Of a stretch of DNA of 64,000 bases, positions 20,847-30,530 are shown piece after piece; within the stretch, counting starts at the first letter, position 1, and every line of letters starts with the position of its first letter. The notes below the pieces were generated by a model. It made no database searches. It worked only from the letters and a program-made list of their open reading frames with translations, and was not told the DNA's origin. The position numbers and the translations under genes were made by a program. This DNA comes from Planctomycetota bacterium (GTDB lineage Bacteria; Planctomycetota; Brocadiia; JAADGH01), in NCBI GenBank assembly GCA_040755855.1, contig JBFMAD010000003.1:96001-160000 (forward strand), in the 5' to 3' direction.

Positions 20847-21039
20847 GACCGCCGTCAGTTACGATGGGGCGTGGATTTTTCGTCAATAGGTAGTTGCGTT
20901 TGAGCGGGCCGTGTGCTATGCTACGGCCTTTCACACTTCGTATTGTATTATGGTATCAAATGGTTTTCGCGTTGCTCCGAGGACTTTCCGGGAGGAGCGG
21001 CGCGAAGGGGATTGACCCGCAGGGGACAAAGGAGGGCCT

Positions 21040-21357
21040 ATGGCGCGTAATATGGAGGACGACATCTTCACGCCGGAGGAAGCGGCGGAGATGCTCGGTG
21101 TAAAGCTGATGACCCTGTACCAGTGGGTGCATCGCAAAAAAATCAAATGCTTCCGCATCGGCTACGGTCAGCAGAGGATTCGCTTTCGGCGACATGAGGT
21201 GGAGTCGCTCGTGGATAAGCGCGGCGCCGCGGCGACGGAGAAGGCCGAGGGCAAGGGGACCAAGATAAAGACGAAAAAATCCGTCACGGCCAAACGAAAT
21301 AGGATTGACATCGAGGCGGCGGTCAAGGAGTCGCTGGAGTCGAAGAAGAGGAAGTAG
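21040..21357 (+). CDS. Excisionase/MerR-like helix-turn-helix (HTH_17) DNA-binding protein
   Basis: FTPEEAAEMLGV...TLYQWV...I..FRIG....RF; GGAGG RBS; basic C-terminal tail. Confidence 0.88.
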   Translation: MARNMEDDIFTPEEAAEMLGVKLMTLYQWVHRKKIKCFRIGYGQQRIRFRRHEVESLVDKRGAAATEKAEGKGTKIKTKKSVTAKRNRIDIEAAVKESLESKKRK

Positions 21358-21418
21358 CGGATCGGGATTGCGCCTCCTGCGCGATGCTTCGATGCGGCCT
21401 GCAGATAGGGGGAAGGAC

Positions 21419-22093
21419 ATGCCTTTTTGGAAAGAGATTGTATGCCTGGCCAATTCCCGGAAATGGTCCGGCCGTTGCGTGGCGGGAAAAGATCTCGCGC
21501 ATGACGCACTTGGCCGGTGGATCCGACCGGTGAGTCGGCGCGGGTACGGCGAGCTTTCCCTGGGAGATATGTGCTTCGAGAAAGGCGGCATACCCCAACT
21601 CCTGGACATCATCGCCGTGCCGTTGCGGGACCATGCTCCCCACTTGTTTCAGACCGAAAACTACCTTGTTGATCATGCCCGGCAGTGGCGGAAGTCCGGC
21701 AGGCTCGACGCCTCGCCGCTGGCGAATCTGTGCGACCCGGTCGCGTCGTTGTGGATCAACGGGTGCCACAGCTACAACGGCCAGAACGACCGAGTTCCGC
21801 AGGCGGCGGCGGAGAAAGAGGCGGCTCACTCCCTGGTTCTGATCAAGCCGCAACTGTTGGGGTTCCGTGTGCAGCAAATTAAGAGCAAGCGCGAGGTTCG
21901 CGCGGAGTTCGGGTTTCACGGCGACCACTACCGGCTGAAGGTAACCCATCCCGAAGTGGAAGACCAATACGTCATGCGCAAGGATGGTCTTTATCCCGTA
22001 CAGAAGGACGATGTTTACCTTTGTGTCAGCCTGGGCGCGCCCTACCAGCAATACTGTTACAAGCTCGTCGCGGCCGTCATCGGTCTCTTGTGA
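21419..22093 (+). CDS. Dual-OB-domain-like protein
   Basis: IVCLANSRK..GRCVAG, WIRPVS, QTENY, SL.LIKP, Y.LKVT.P, LCVSLG.....CYKLVAAV; AAGGA RBS. Confidence 0.75.
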   Translation: MPFWKEIVCLANSRKWSGRCVAGKDLAHDALGRWIRPVSRRGYGELSLGDMCFEKGGIPQLLDIIAVPLRDHAPHLFQTENYLVDHARQWRKSGRLDASPLANLCDPVASLWINGCHSYNGQNDRVPQAAAEKEAAHSLVLIKPQLLGFRVQQIKSKREVRAEFGFHGDHYRLKVTHPEVEDQYVMRKDGLYPVQKDDVYLCVSLGAPYQQYCYKLVAAVIGLL

Positions 22094-22110
22094 TTTGACA
22101 GGAAGCGTGT

Positions 22111-22713
22111 GTGAAGGCGGAGCTCTATACCATCGGCCATTCGACGCATTCCATTGAGGAGTTTATCGGATTGCTTCGTCGGCATGAAGTGGGTGCAGTC
22201 TGCGACGTCCGGTCCCAACCGTACAGCCAGCACACCCCTCAGTTCAATCGCGAAGTCATCGAGAACCAGTTGGCCAGGCATGGCATCGCGTACATATTCC
22301 TCGGAGACCAACTCGGCGCAAGGAGCGACGATCCCGGCTGCTACGTCCAGGGAAAGCTTTTGTTCGATCGCCTTGCGAAGACGGATATATTTCAGCGCGG
22401 CATCGCGCGGCTGCGCGAGCAGATGGCCGCCTGCCGCGCGGCCCTGATGTGCGCGGAGAAGGACCCGCTCGCATGTCATCGGATGATTCTGATCTGTCGC
22501 TATCTTCGATCGGATAACGTCGAGATACGGCACATCCTGGAAAACGGCGAGATCGAGAAACATCGTGATACGGAAAAGCGATTGCTCCGATTGTTGAAGA
22601 TACCGGAAGAGAACCTGTTTGAGAGCCTTGACGATCTGATTCAACGCGCCTACGATCGTCAAGGCCAAAAAATGGCGGCCAGTGAAGATGCGGACAGAGC
22701 GCTTGAGCCATGA
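22111..22713 (+). CDS. DUF488 family protein
   Basis: LYTIGHS, DVRSQPYS...PQFN, LGAR, ALMCAEKDP..CHR. Confidence 0.92.
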   Translation: MKAELYTIGHSTHSIEEFIGLLRRHEVGAVCDVRSQPYSQHTPQFNREVIENQLARHGIAYIFLGDQLGARSDDPGCYVQGKLLFDRLAKTDIFQRGIARLREQMAACRAALMCAEKDPLACHRMILICRYLRSDNVEIRHILENGEIEKHRDTEKRLLRLLKIPEENLFESLDDLIQRAYDRQGQKMAASEDADRALEP

Positions 22714-22723
22714 ACGGAAGGCG

Positions 22724-23170
22724 ATGAGCAAGATGCGAATCTTTACCATCGGGTTCACCAAAAAATCCGCTGAAGAATTCTTCACAAAGCTTTGCACCGC
22801 GGGAGTGAAGCGTGTCATTGACGCGCGGCTGAAGAACACGTCGCACCTTGCCGGGTTCGCCAAGAGGGACGATCTGCGCTACTTTCTCCGGGCTGTATGC
22901 AATATGGACTATGTGGAGATGCCCGACCTCGCCCCGACGGCGGAGATGGTTGACCAGTACAAGAAACAGAAGGGCGAGTGGTCCGAATATGAGCGGCAAT
23001 TCCTCGAATTGATCTCCGAGCGAAAAATTGACGAGACGATCTCAAGGGAACTGCTGGACGGGGCGTGTCTGCTGTGCAGCGAAGACGAGCCGGATCACTG
23101 CCACCGCCGCCTTCTCGCGGAATACCTGAGCGAGAAATGGGGCGGCGTCGAAATCATCCACATCGTCTGA
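22724..23170 (+). CDS. DUF488 family protein (second subtype)
   Basis: IFTIGFTKKSAEEFF, DARLKN.S.LAGFAK..DL, LAPT, CLLCSE..P.HCHRRL. Confidence 0.92.
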   Translation: MSKMRIFTIGFTKKSAEEFFTKLCTAGVKRVIDARLKNTSHLAGFAKRDDLRYFLRAVCNMDYVEMPDLAPTAEMVDQYKKQKGEWSEYERQFLELISERKIDETISRELLDGACLLCSEDEPDHCHRRLLAEYLSEKWGGVEIIHIV

Positions 23171-23194
23171 GCCTCGACTGCCTCCGAGCGCCTT

Positions 23195-25291
23195 TCATCC
23201 CACGTTGATCAAGTCCAGCCGGTCCCGGAATTTGATCCGCACCTGTTGCAGGATCGCTTGGTGTCCCGGTGCAGAGAGGGTAGGGTCGCTGTCAACAAGG
23301 GCGAAGGCGTCCTTACGGGCGAACTGGAGCAGGTCGAAGTCCTCGATGATGTCGCCCACCTTGAACTCCGGCAGGCCGTGCTGCCGCGTGCCGAAGAACT
23401 CGCCGGGGCCGCGGATGCGCAGGTCCTCCTCGGCAATCTTGAACCCGTTCGATGTCCGCGACATGATCATCAGCCGCCGCTCGGCGGTCTCGCTTTTCGG
23501 CTCGCCGAAGAGGAGGCAATAGGACTTGTGCGCTCCGCGGCCGATCCGCCCGCGGAGCTGGTGGAGCTGGGCAAGACCGAAGCGCTCGGCGTGCTCGACC
23601 ACCATGATCGAGGCGTTCGGGATGTCGATGCCCACCTCGATCACGATCGTCGAGACGAGGATGTGGTAGCCGCCGTCGCGGAAGCGCCGCATGACCTGGT
23701 CCTTCTCGTCCGACTTCATCCGGCCGTGCAGCAGTCCCACGCGAAAGTCCGGGAAAATTTTTTTCTGCAGGAATCGCGCCCCTTCCGTGGCGGCCTTGAG
23801 GTCGAGCTTCTCGGATTCCTCGACGAGGGGATAGACGATGAACGCCTGCCGGCCCTCGCGGAGTTTTTCTCGGATAAACTTGTAGGCATCCTGAAGGTGT
23901 GTCTTGTTCACCCACCGCGTCGCCACCGGCTGCCGGCCGGGCGGCAGCTCCTCGATGGTCGAAACGTCGAGGTCGCCGAACACCGTGAGCGACAGCGTTC
24001 GGGGGATCGGCGTGGCGGTCATCACCAGCACGTCGGGCGACAGCCCCTTGCGCCGGAGTTTCTGGCGCTGGATGACGCCGAATTTGTGTTGCTCGTCCAC
24101 CACCACCAGCCCCAGGTCCTTGAACTCGACGTCCCCTTCGATCAGGGCGTGCGTCCCGACGACGAGGTCGACCTTGCCCGCGGCGATGCCATCCAGCGTC
24201 TCCCGCCGCTCCTTCTGCGTCAGGCCGCCGGCCAAGAGGGCGATGCGAACGCGGGAGTTCCGCAGGTAGCGCATGACGGTCTGGTAGTGCTGCTCGGCCA
24301 GGATTTCCGTGGGGGCCATGATTGCGGCTTGCTTCTTATTCGCAATGGCGACGAGCATGGCATAGAGGGCCACTACGGTCTTCCCCGATCCGACGTCGCC
24401 CTGCAAGAGGCGGTTCATCGGGCTGGGGCTCTCCATGTCCGCCCGAATCTCCTGGATCGCCTGCTCCTGGCCCTTCGTCAGTTGGAAGGGAAACCGCGCG
24501 CGGATGTGCTCGTCAATCTTCGGTGTGATCTCGAACGCGATGCCCTGCTGGTCTTCCTTGATCCCGCGCCGCCGCAGCGCCATGCCGACTTCGAACAGGA
24601 AGAACTCGTCGTACTTCAGCCGCCTCTGGGCCGACAGCGCCTCCTCCTGGGTCTCCGGGTAGTGCACGGCGCGGAGGGCGTGCTTCAGCGACATCAGCCG
24701 CCGCTCCGTCTGGAAGGATTCGTCGTAGAAATCCTCTACGGCATCCACATACTCGTCCACGGCCTCTTTGATGATCCGGCGGATTCGCGCCTCGCCGATT
24801 CCCTGCGTCAGCGGGTAGATCGGGACGATCCGGTTCGTGTGAATGTGCTCGTCCTCCCCCTCCATCTCCTCGGGCCGTTCGTAGTGTGGCGAGACCATCT
24901 GCGCGCGGCGGTAAAGCGTCACCTTGCCCGAGGCGATGATCTCGGTCCCCTCCTTGAATTGCTCCTCGATGCCGGTGCGATGGCCGAAGAACTTCAGGAG
25001 CAGCTCACCGGTCCCATCGCTGATGATCGCCTCGAAGACAGGCACGCGGCGGCGCGTCTTATACTGCCGGGTGAGTTTGACCTTCCCGCGAACGGTGTGA
25101 AATGCGTCAATCTTCACCTTCTCGATGGGAACGATCTGCGAGCGGTCCTGATACCCGCGCGGCAGGTGATAGAACAGATCCGCGACCGTGCGTATGTCAA
25201 GCTTCTGCAGCGTCTTGGCCAGCTTCGGCCCGACGCCCTTGACATACTGCACTTCCCGACTCAACGGACTATGTATCGGGTAGCCAGCCAT
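23195..25291 (-). CDS. recG: ATP-dependent DNA helicase RecG
   Basis: KGVGP, RLLQGDVGSGKT, DEQH, MTATPIPRTL, QLHQLRGRIGRG, RGPGE..GTRQHG. Confidence 0.97.
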   Translation of the reverse strand: MAGYPIHSPLSREVQYVKGVGPKLAKTLQKLDIRTVADLFYHLPRGYQDRSQIVPIEKVKIDAFHTVRGKVKLTRQYKTRRRVPVFEAIISDGTGELLLKFFGHRTGIEEQFKEGTEIIASGKVTLYRRAQMVSPHYERPEEMEGEDEHIHTNRIVPIYPLTQGIGEARIRRIIKEAVDEYVDAVEDFYDESFQTERRLMSLKHALRAVHYPETQEEALSAQRRLKYDEFFLFEVGMALRRRGIKEDQQGIAFEITPKIDEHIRARFPFQLTKGQEQAIQEIRADMESPSPMNRLLQGDVGSGKTVVALYAMLVAIANKKQAAIMAPTEILAEQHYQTVMRYLRNSRVRIALLAGGLTQKERRETLDGIAAGKVDLVVGTHALIEGDVEFKDLGLVVVDEQHKFGVIQRQKLRRKGLSPDVLVMTATPIPRTLSLTVFGDLDVSTIEELPPGRQPVATRWVNKTHLQDAYKFIREKLREGRQAFIVYPLVEESEKLDLKAATEGARFLQKKIFPDFRVGLLHGRMKSDEKDQVMRRFRDGGYHILVSTIVIEVGIDIPNASIMVVEHAERFGLAQLHQLRGRIGRGAHKSYCLLFGEPKSETAERRLMIMSRTSNGFKIAEEDLRIRGPGEFFGTRQHGLPEFKVGDIIEDFDLLQFARKDAFALVDSDPTLSAPGHQAILQQVRIKFRDRLDLINVG

Positions 25292-25370
25292 CGGCGACCT
25301 TCGCAACAACTACCTTCAGGACATTAGAACCTCACGCCGTAACATGATGCCAATTTATGTCCATGTTTCC

Positions 25371-25526
25371 AGGGCAAAATTCACATTGGACACATAATAC
25401 CACCCTTTCTGTCTTCAGAAAGGGTGGTATCCACAGAAAGGAATTTCAGGTGGTGAAATAGCCTCTCATCGGCGGGAGGATGCTCGATCTCACGGGAAAA
25501 AATGTGTCCAATGTGAATTTTGCCCT
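25371..25526. mobile_element. MITE-like element: perfect 25-bp terminal inverted repeats with internal 15-bp hairpin
   Basis: AGGGCAAAATTCACATTGGACACAT (25371-25395) is the exact reverse complement of 25502-25526; internal ATACCACCCTTTCTG-tctt-CAGAAAGGGTGGTAT (25397-25430); no clear TSD. Confidence 0.55.
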
Positions 25527-25551
25527 TGGGTTGCGGGCATCTCCCGCTTGG

Positions 25552-25622
25552 GTCGTCCTGAGCGAAGCGAAGGATCTCAATCTTGCGCATGGTCGAGATT
25601 CTTCGCTACGCTCAGAATGACA
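25552..25622. repeat. REP-like extragenic palindrome doublet
   Basis: GTCGTCCTGAGCGAAGCGAAGGATCT...AGATTCTTCGCTACGCTCAGAATGAC imperfect inverted arms just downstream of the ccsA stop. Confidence 0.75.
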
Positions 25623-25636
25623 ACTCCTACGACTCG

Positions 25637-26491
25637 TCAGTCGGTGTATTTGTGCAGACTTGTCTGCGACGACGGGAGAATCCCGATCAGCTCGAAGGTG
25701 ATGAATATAGCGACGGCCCCGATGATGAGGAACCATGCCGAGCGCTGGCCGCGCCACGCCTTCTGCATCCGAAGGTGGAGGTAGAGAAGGTACACGATCC
25801 ACGTGATGAGCGACCAGACCTCTTTCGAGTCCCACCCCCAGTAGGTCCCCCACGCCTGCTCCGCCCACAGCGCCCCAAAGACAAGGCCCATCGTCAGGAA
25901 CGGGAAGCCGATGGACATTGTGCGGTAGGTGAACTGATCGAGATCGGAGAGAAACTCCTGCCGCTTCTGCGCGTCGTCGCCGCGGCGGAGGTGCATGATG
26001 ATGTAAAGCACGCTTGCGCACACCGCGACGAACAGCGCCCCGTAGCCGAAGAGATATACCGTCACATGGGGCCAGAACCACACGCTCTGCAGAGCGGGCG
26101 GGAGGAATGACTTGTAGGCATCGGACGTTACGGTGCGATAGAGGATGAATACCATAAAGATCGCCGTCAACGCGCCGAGCGAGTTGCCGATGATGGAATT
26201 GCGCCGCGTGTTTCGGAACAGCCCGCCGGCAAGATAGACGATCAAGAACCCCAGGGCGGTGCAGATGCCCGTGACGAGGTAGGCCTCGTATCGCGTGTGG
26301 AAGGGGGCGTGCTGCACGTCAATCGTTCGGGCGATCACCGCCGCGCCATTGGCCGCCATGCCCAGGAAGAACACGAAAGTCACGTATGGCGAGAGGTTTC
26401 TCGACCGGCGCATTAGCGCGGCCAAGTAGAGGACCGCCGACGCGAGATAAAAGGCGATGGACAGGTAATGGAAAAGCGCTGTCGTGTCCAT
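25637..26491 (-). CDS. ccsA: Cytochrome c biogenesis protein CcsA/ResC (System II)
   Basis: PALQS.W...HV and WWD motif GALWAEQAWGTYWGWDSKEVW; YLH; SLH.Y. Confidence 0.94.
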   Translation of the reverse strand: MDTTALFHYLSIAFYLASAVLYLAALMRRSRNLSPYVTFVFFLGMAANGAAVIARTIDVQHAPFHTRYEAYLVTGICTALGFLIVYLAGGLFRNTRRNSIIGNSLGALTAIFMVFILYRTVTSDAYKSFLPPALQSVWFWPHVTVYLFGYGALFVAVCASVLYIIMHLRRGDDAQKRQEFLSDLDQFTYRTMSIGFPFLTMGLVFGALWAEQAWGTYWGWDSKEVWSLITWIVYLLYLHLRMQKAWRGQRSAWFLIIGAVAIFITFELIGILPSSQTSLHKYTD

Positions 26492-26492
26492 G

Positions 26493-28748
26493 CTACGTTC
26501 CCTTCCTCAGCGCGGGCTTCACGTAGAACGCAAAGAGTATCCCGATCAACATAAGGACCGATCCGAACTGCGCCAGCCACGCGCCGGGCGCGCGCCGGAC
26601 CTTGATGCCCGTGTAGCGCGGCATCTCCTTTCGCGCGTCCTCCTGGTAGAAGGTAAATCCGCCATACGACAGGGGATGGTTCACCTCAATTACTTTTTCC
26701 GCCAACGTCTTCGGCGGATCGTCCTCGCTCTCGATCACCAGGTACGTCTTGTAGTCCAGAACGACATCGTCCTCATACTTCAGCGACACATATCCGGGTC
26801 GTTCATATTCGTCGGCGCGCGTGTCGTTCGCAAGGAGCATGGCGGTCTCCTCGAAGTCCTGCCTCTTGATGTGGAGTTTGACGGCCCCCTCGGACGGGTC
26901 GGTGAAGTAGCGTTCCACATCATCCGCCGCGGCCCCATCGTTTCCGTCGTAGGGCGCGACCCCGACAACATCCGCATCCAACGCGATGGCGGAGAGGAAT
27001 ACATTCGATCCGGGCTCGGACGTGTCGAGCGACTGACCCCTTTCCATCGGCCGCGGCCCGACGGCCTTCTTCCCGGCGATCTTCATCACGTTGACCGGCC
27101 CCTTGCCCGCGCCGTAGAGCAGGTATCTCGTCGTGTCGCGGGCTTCCCACGCCAGTGACATGAACAGCTCGCCGACTTGGTAGTGGTGCGGCGCCTTCGC
27201 CAACAGTTGCTTCTCCTCAGTCTTGCCGTCGGGCAGTGTCACCTTGAGGAGCGCGCCGGGGTTTTGCGCCTCCTGCTCGCCCAGTGGCTTGTGACTCTTT
27301 ACATCCACATTTCCCTGGCAGTCCAGGACCTCGATGGCATAGTCGCCGTGCTGGAACTTATCGCCTTTCTGGATGGGGCGAAGGGTGACGCGCTGGTCCG
27401 CCGTGACGGCGATCAAAAGGCACGGCGATTCGGCGGAAAAGCGAGCGACCTCCGCCTGCAGGTCGGACGGGCTGTCGAGCCATGCGAACTTGATGTGCAT
27501 CCGGTGCGGGATGCTGAGGTAGCGCTGGGACCGATCCCCCCGGGCGAACAGTTTGACGAACTTGGGTGAATCGCCGAGCTTCATCAGCAGTTCAACCGCC
27601 GGGTTCTTCGGCTCGTCGGACTTGGAGAGCAGGTCGTCCTTGAACACGGCATGGGGGAGGATGTCCTCCACGGTGATCGTCAGCCTGCCTTCGTCCAACA
27701 CGAGCCTCTCGCCTTTGCGGAGCCGATTGTAGGAACGGGATAGCACGATCGGACGGCTTGCTCCTGCCGTCCCAACATCGGCGAAGCTTATGGTTAGCGT
27801 CTTGCGGTATTCTGTCTTGAAATACTTGGCCTCGACGGCGAAGCCGAAGGGGACAGCGGTTCTTGCATGCTGATCCACGAAGGATGTGTATCGGTTCTGC
27901 GACTCCATGCCCACGATGAACGGCAGCATGCCCTTCTGTTCCCACATCCCGTCAATGCCCGCGCCGACGATGGCCAGGACGAGGCCCGTGTGCGTGAGGA
28001 GGAAGCCGGTCTGCGAGAACCGGAGCCGATACCGCGAGGCGGTGCAGGAAAGTGTGTTGACGAGGAGCAGCACGGCGAGCGCTCGGAACCACCAGGCCGA
28101 GTAGGCCCGGTCGAGCCGCGTGAAAACACAGACGCTGTAAATGAACTCGAATAAGCCCTGATTATTGTTGACGAATTCCTGGACCGCCTGCTGTTCTGCG
28201 TCCTGCTCGGTGGATTTGATGAACTCCTTCCGCTTTTCCCGCGCGTAGTCGGGACCGAATTTCTTCTCCAGTCGTCCCAGGTACTTGTCGTGCATCGGTT
28301 CGAGCGGCGCGACGTGATGCCGCGACGGATGGCAGATCTTATAGACAAACCGCGCCTGGGCGTTCAGATAGTTGTCATAGCGGGCCTGCCGGTCCTTCTC
28401 CTCCACGGGCAGTCTGCCAGGTTGTTGCAGAACGAAGGTGGAGGCAACGCACGCAAGGGCAAACAAGACCAGGAGAACAACGGCCAACTTGACGGACGTG
28501 AACAGCGAGACAATGGCGGCCGGCTTGATTGCGACAAGGACAATCCCCGCAAAGGCAAGAAGCGCGGCGACAACGATGACGGGAATCATGCTGTCGAACC
28601 GTTCGGAGCAGTGCTGCCCGACGATGAACAGCAGGACGAGCGCCAGGGCGAAGACGGCCGCGCTCAGAAACGACGGGGACCATTTCCCGGCAGGCGGTGT
28701 GGTCCCCGCGTCGCTCTGTTTGGGTTTTTCGTTGGCCGCGCCGTTCAC
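26493..28748 (-). CDS. resB: Cytochrome c biogenesis protein ResB/CcsB
   Basis: S.KLAVVLL, Y.AWWF, GF.LTH.G, VNHPLSYGG..FYQ, C-terminal PG + TM; adjacent to ccsA. Confidence 0.85.
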   Translation of the reverse strand: MNGAANEKPKQSDAGTTPPAGKWSPSFLSAAVFALALVLLFIVGQHCSERFDSMIPVIVVAALLAFAGIVLVAIKPAAIVSLFTSVKLAVVLLVLFALACVASTFVLQQPGRLPVEEKDRQARYDNYLNAQARFVYKICHPSRHHVAPLEPMHDKYLGRLEKKFGPDYAREKRKEFIKSTEQDAEQQAVQEFVNNNQGLFEFIYSVCVFTRLDRAYSAWWFRALAVLLLVNTLSCTASRYRLRFSQTGFLLTHTGLVLAIVGAGIDGMWEQKGMLPFIVGMESQNRYTSFVDQHARTAVPFGFAVEAKYFKTEYRKTLTISFADVGTAGASRPIVLSRSYNRLRKGERLVLDEGRLTITVEDILPHAVFKDDLLSKSDEPKNPAVELLMKLGDSPKFVKLFARGDRSQRYLSIPHRMHIKFAWLDSPSDLQAEVARFSAESPCLLIAVTADQRVTLRPIQKGDKFQHGDYAIEVLDCQGNVDVKSHKPLGEQEAQNPGALLKVTLPDGKTEEKQLLAKAPHHYQVGELFMSLAWEARDTTRYLLYGAGKGPVNVMKIAGKKAVGPRPMERGQSLDTSEPGSNVFLSAIALDADVVGVAPYDGNDGAAADDVERYFTDPSEGAVKLHIKRQDFEETAMLLANDTRADEYERPGYVSLKYEDDVVLDYKTYLVIESEDDPPKTLAEKVIEVNHPLSYGGFTFYQEDARKEMPRYTGIKVRRAPGAWLAQFGSVLMLIGILFAFYVKPALRKGT

Positions 28749-30502
28749 GTGAGCTTGATACCGAGCTCCTTCAGTTGCGCATCGTCAACGGCCGACGGCG
28801 CGTCGGTCATCGGACATGCGCCCTTCTGTGTCTTCGGGAAGGCGATCACGTCGCGTATCGAATCCAGGCCGAGCATCAGCATGACGATCCGGTCCAGGCC
28901 GAGGGCTATGCCCCCGTGCGGGGGCGCGCCGTACTTCAGCGCGTCCAGCAGAAAGCCGAACTTCAAGCGGGCGCTTTCGTCGTTGATCTCCAAGAGGCGG
29001 AAGACCCTTTGCTGGACGGACTGGTCATGGATACGGATGCTCCCTCCGCCGATCTCCACGCCGTTCAGCACAATGTCATAGGCCCGGGCGCGGGCGGAGA
29101 GCGGATCGCTCTCCAGTTTGCCCAGGTCGTCCGGGGCGGGCGACGTGAAGGGGTGATGAAGAGGGTCGAGCCGGCCGGTCTCGGCGTTGCGCTCGAAGAG
29201 CGGGAAGTCCACGACCCAGCAGAATCGGAATTCACCTTCCTTCACCAGCCCGAGCTTCCTCCCGATATGGTTCCGCAGGGCGCCGAGCGACGGCGCTACC
29301 ACGTCCGGCTGATCCGCGACGAACATCAACAGGTCGCCGCTCGATGCGCCGAAGGTCTGGATCAGTTCCTTGTGCAGGTCCGGGCCGAAGAACTTGGCGA
29401 TCTGCGAGACGAGCTTCCCATCCTCCACCTTGAACCAGGCCAGCCCCTTCGCCCCGAAATCCGCGACATATGCGGTCAGATCGTTGATCTCCTTCAGCGA
29501 CATCGCCGCACCGCCCGGCGCGCAGAGGCCCTTCACCTGCCCGCCCTTTGCGAGGACGTTCTTGAATACCTTGAACTCGGATCGTTCCGCGATGGGGCCG
29601 ATGTCCTTCAGCTCCATGCCGAAGCGAAGGTCGGGCTTGTCGCTGCCGAAGCGGTCCATGGCCTCGCTATAAGGGAGACGCTGGATCGGCGTCTGCACCT
29701 TGACGCCCATCGCCTCGTCAAAGACGCGGGCGATGAGTCGGTCAATGATGGCGATGATGTCGTTCTCATCAACGAAGGACATCTCCATGTCCAGTTGCGT
29801 GAACTCCGGCTGCCGGTCGGCGCGGAGGTCCTCGTCGCGGAAGCATCGGACGATCTGGACATACTTGTCGAAACCCGACACCATAAGGATCTGCTTGAAG
29901 AGCTGTGGCGACTGCGGCAGCGCAAAGAATGTGTGCGGCGTGAGCCGGGACGGCACGAGGAAGTCGCGCGCACCTTCAGGGGTGCTCTTGGTGAGACATG
30001 GTGTCTCGACGTCAATGAAGCCGTTCTCATCGAAGTAACGGCGGATGATCTGGAAGACCTTGTGCCGGAAGATGAGGGCATGCTGCATCGGCCTGCGCCG
30101 CAGGTCCACAAAGCGGTACTTGAGACGCAGCTCGGGCGAGACATCGGCATCCTCGGCTACCTCGAAGGGGGGCGTCTCGGCGGCGTTCAGAACCTCCATC
30201 TCATTGACGAGCACCTCGATCTCCCCGGTGGCCAGTTTCGGGTTCGCTGTGCCTTCGGGACGGGGGCGGACCGATCCCCGCACCGCGATGACGTACTCCG
30301 GCCGCAGCTTCTTCGACTCGGCGTGGAGGTCACGATTGTGGTCCGGGTTGAAGACCACCTGCGTCAGGCCGTAGCGGTCGCGCAGGTCAACAAAGAGGGC
30401 GTTCGGGTGGTCGCGGTAGGTGTTGACCCATCCGCACAGGACGACTTCCCCGCCTATGTGGCTCGAACGCAACTCGCCGCACGTGTGTGTTCGTTTCAGC
30501 AT
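28745..30502 (-). CDS. aspS: Aspartate--tRNA ligase (probably non-discriminating Asp/Asn)
   Basis: RTHTCGEL, FVDLRDRYG, STPEGARDF, LPQSPQLFKQ, FRDEDLRADRQPEFTQ, GAPPHGGIALGLDR. Confidence 0.98.
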   Translation of the reverse strand: MLKRTHTCGELRSSHIGGEVVLCGWVNTYRDHPNALFVDLRDRYGLTQVVFNPDHNRDLHAESKKLRPEYVIAVRGSVRPRPEGTANPKLATGEIEVLVNEMEVLNAAETPPFEVAEDADVSPELRLKYRFVDLRRRPMQHALIFRHKVFQIIRRYFDENGFIDVETPCLTKSTPEGARDFLVPSRLTPHTFFALPQSPQLFKQILMVSGFDKYVQIVRCFRDEDLRADRQPEFTQLDMEMSFVDENDIIAIIDRLIARVFDEAMGVKVQTPIQRLPYSEAMDRFGSDKPDLRFGMELKDIGPIAERSEFKVFKNVLAKGGQVKGLCAPGGAAMSLKEINDLTAYVADFGAKGLAWFKVEDGKLVSQIAKFFGPDLHKELIQTFGASSGDLLMFVADQPDVVAPSLGALRNHIGRKLGLVKEGEFRFCWVVDFPLFERNAETGRLDPLHHPFTSPAPDDLGKLESDPLSARARAYDIVLNGVEIGGGSIRIHDQSVQQRVFRLLEINDESARLKFGFLLDALKYGAPPHGGIALGLDRIVMLMLGLDSIRDVIAFPKTQKGACPMTDAPSAVDDAQLKELGIKLT

Positions 30503-30530
30503 GTATGATACTCTCGATTCATTTTGGGAC

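Noticed and set aside
20850..23195. Prophage or integrative element suggested by the excisionase-like HTH
   Set aside because: No integrase, tRNA target, att direct repeats or phage genes seen
23246..25327. 693-aa plus-strand ORF
   Set aside because: Antisense shadow of recG, expected from high-GC codon bias; no motifs
28697..30508. 603-aa plus-strand ORF (likewise 12952-14712, 8349-9668, 9876-11102, 16915-18168, 47566-48855)
   Set aside because: Antisense shadows of well-supported minus-strand genes
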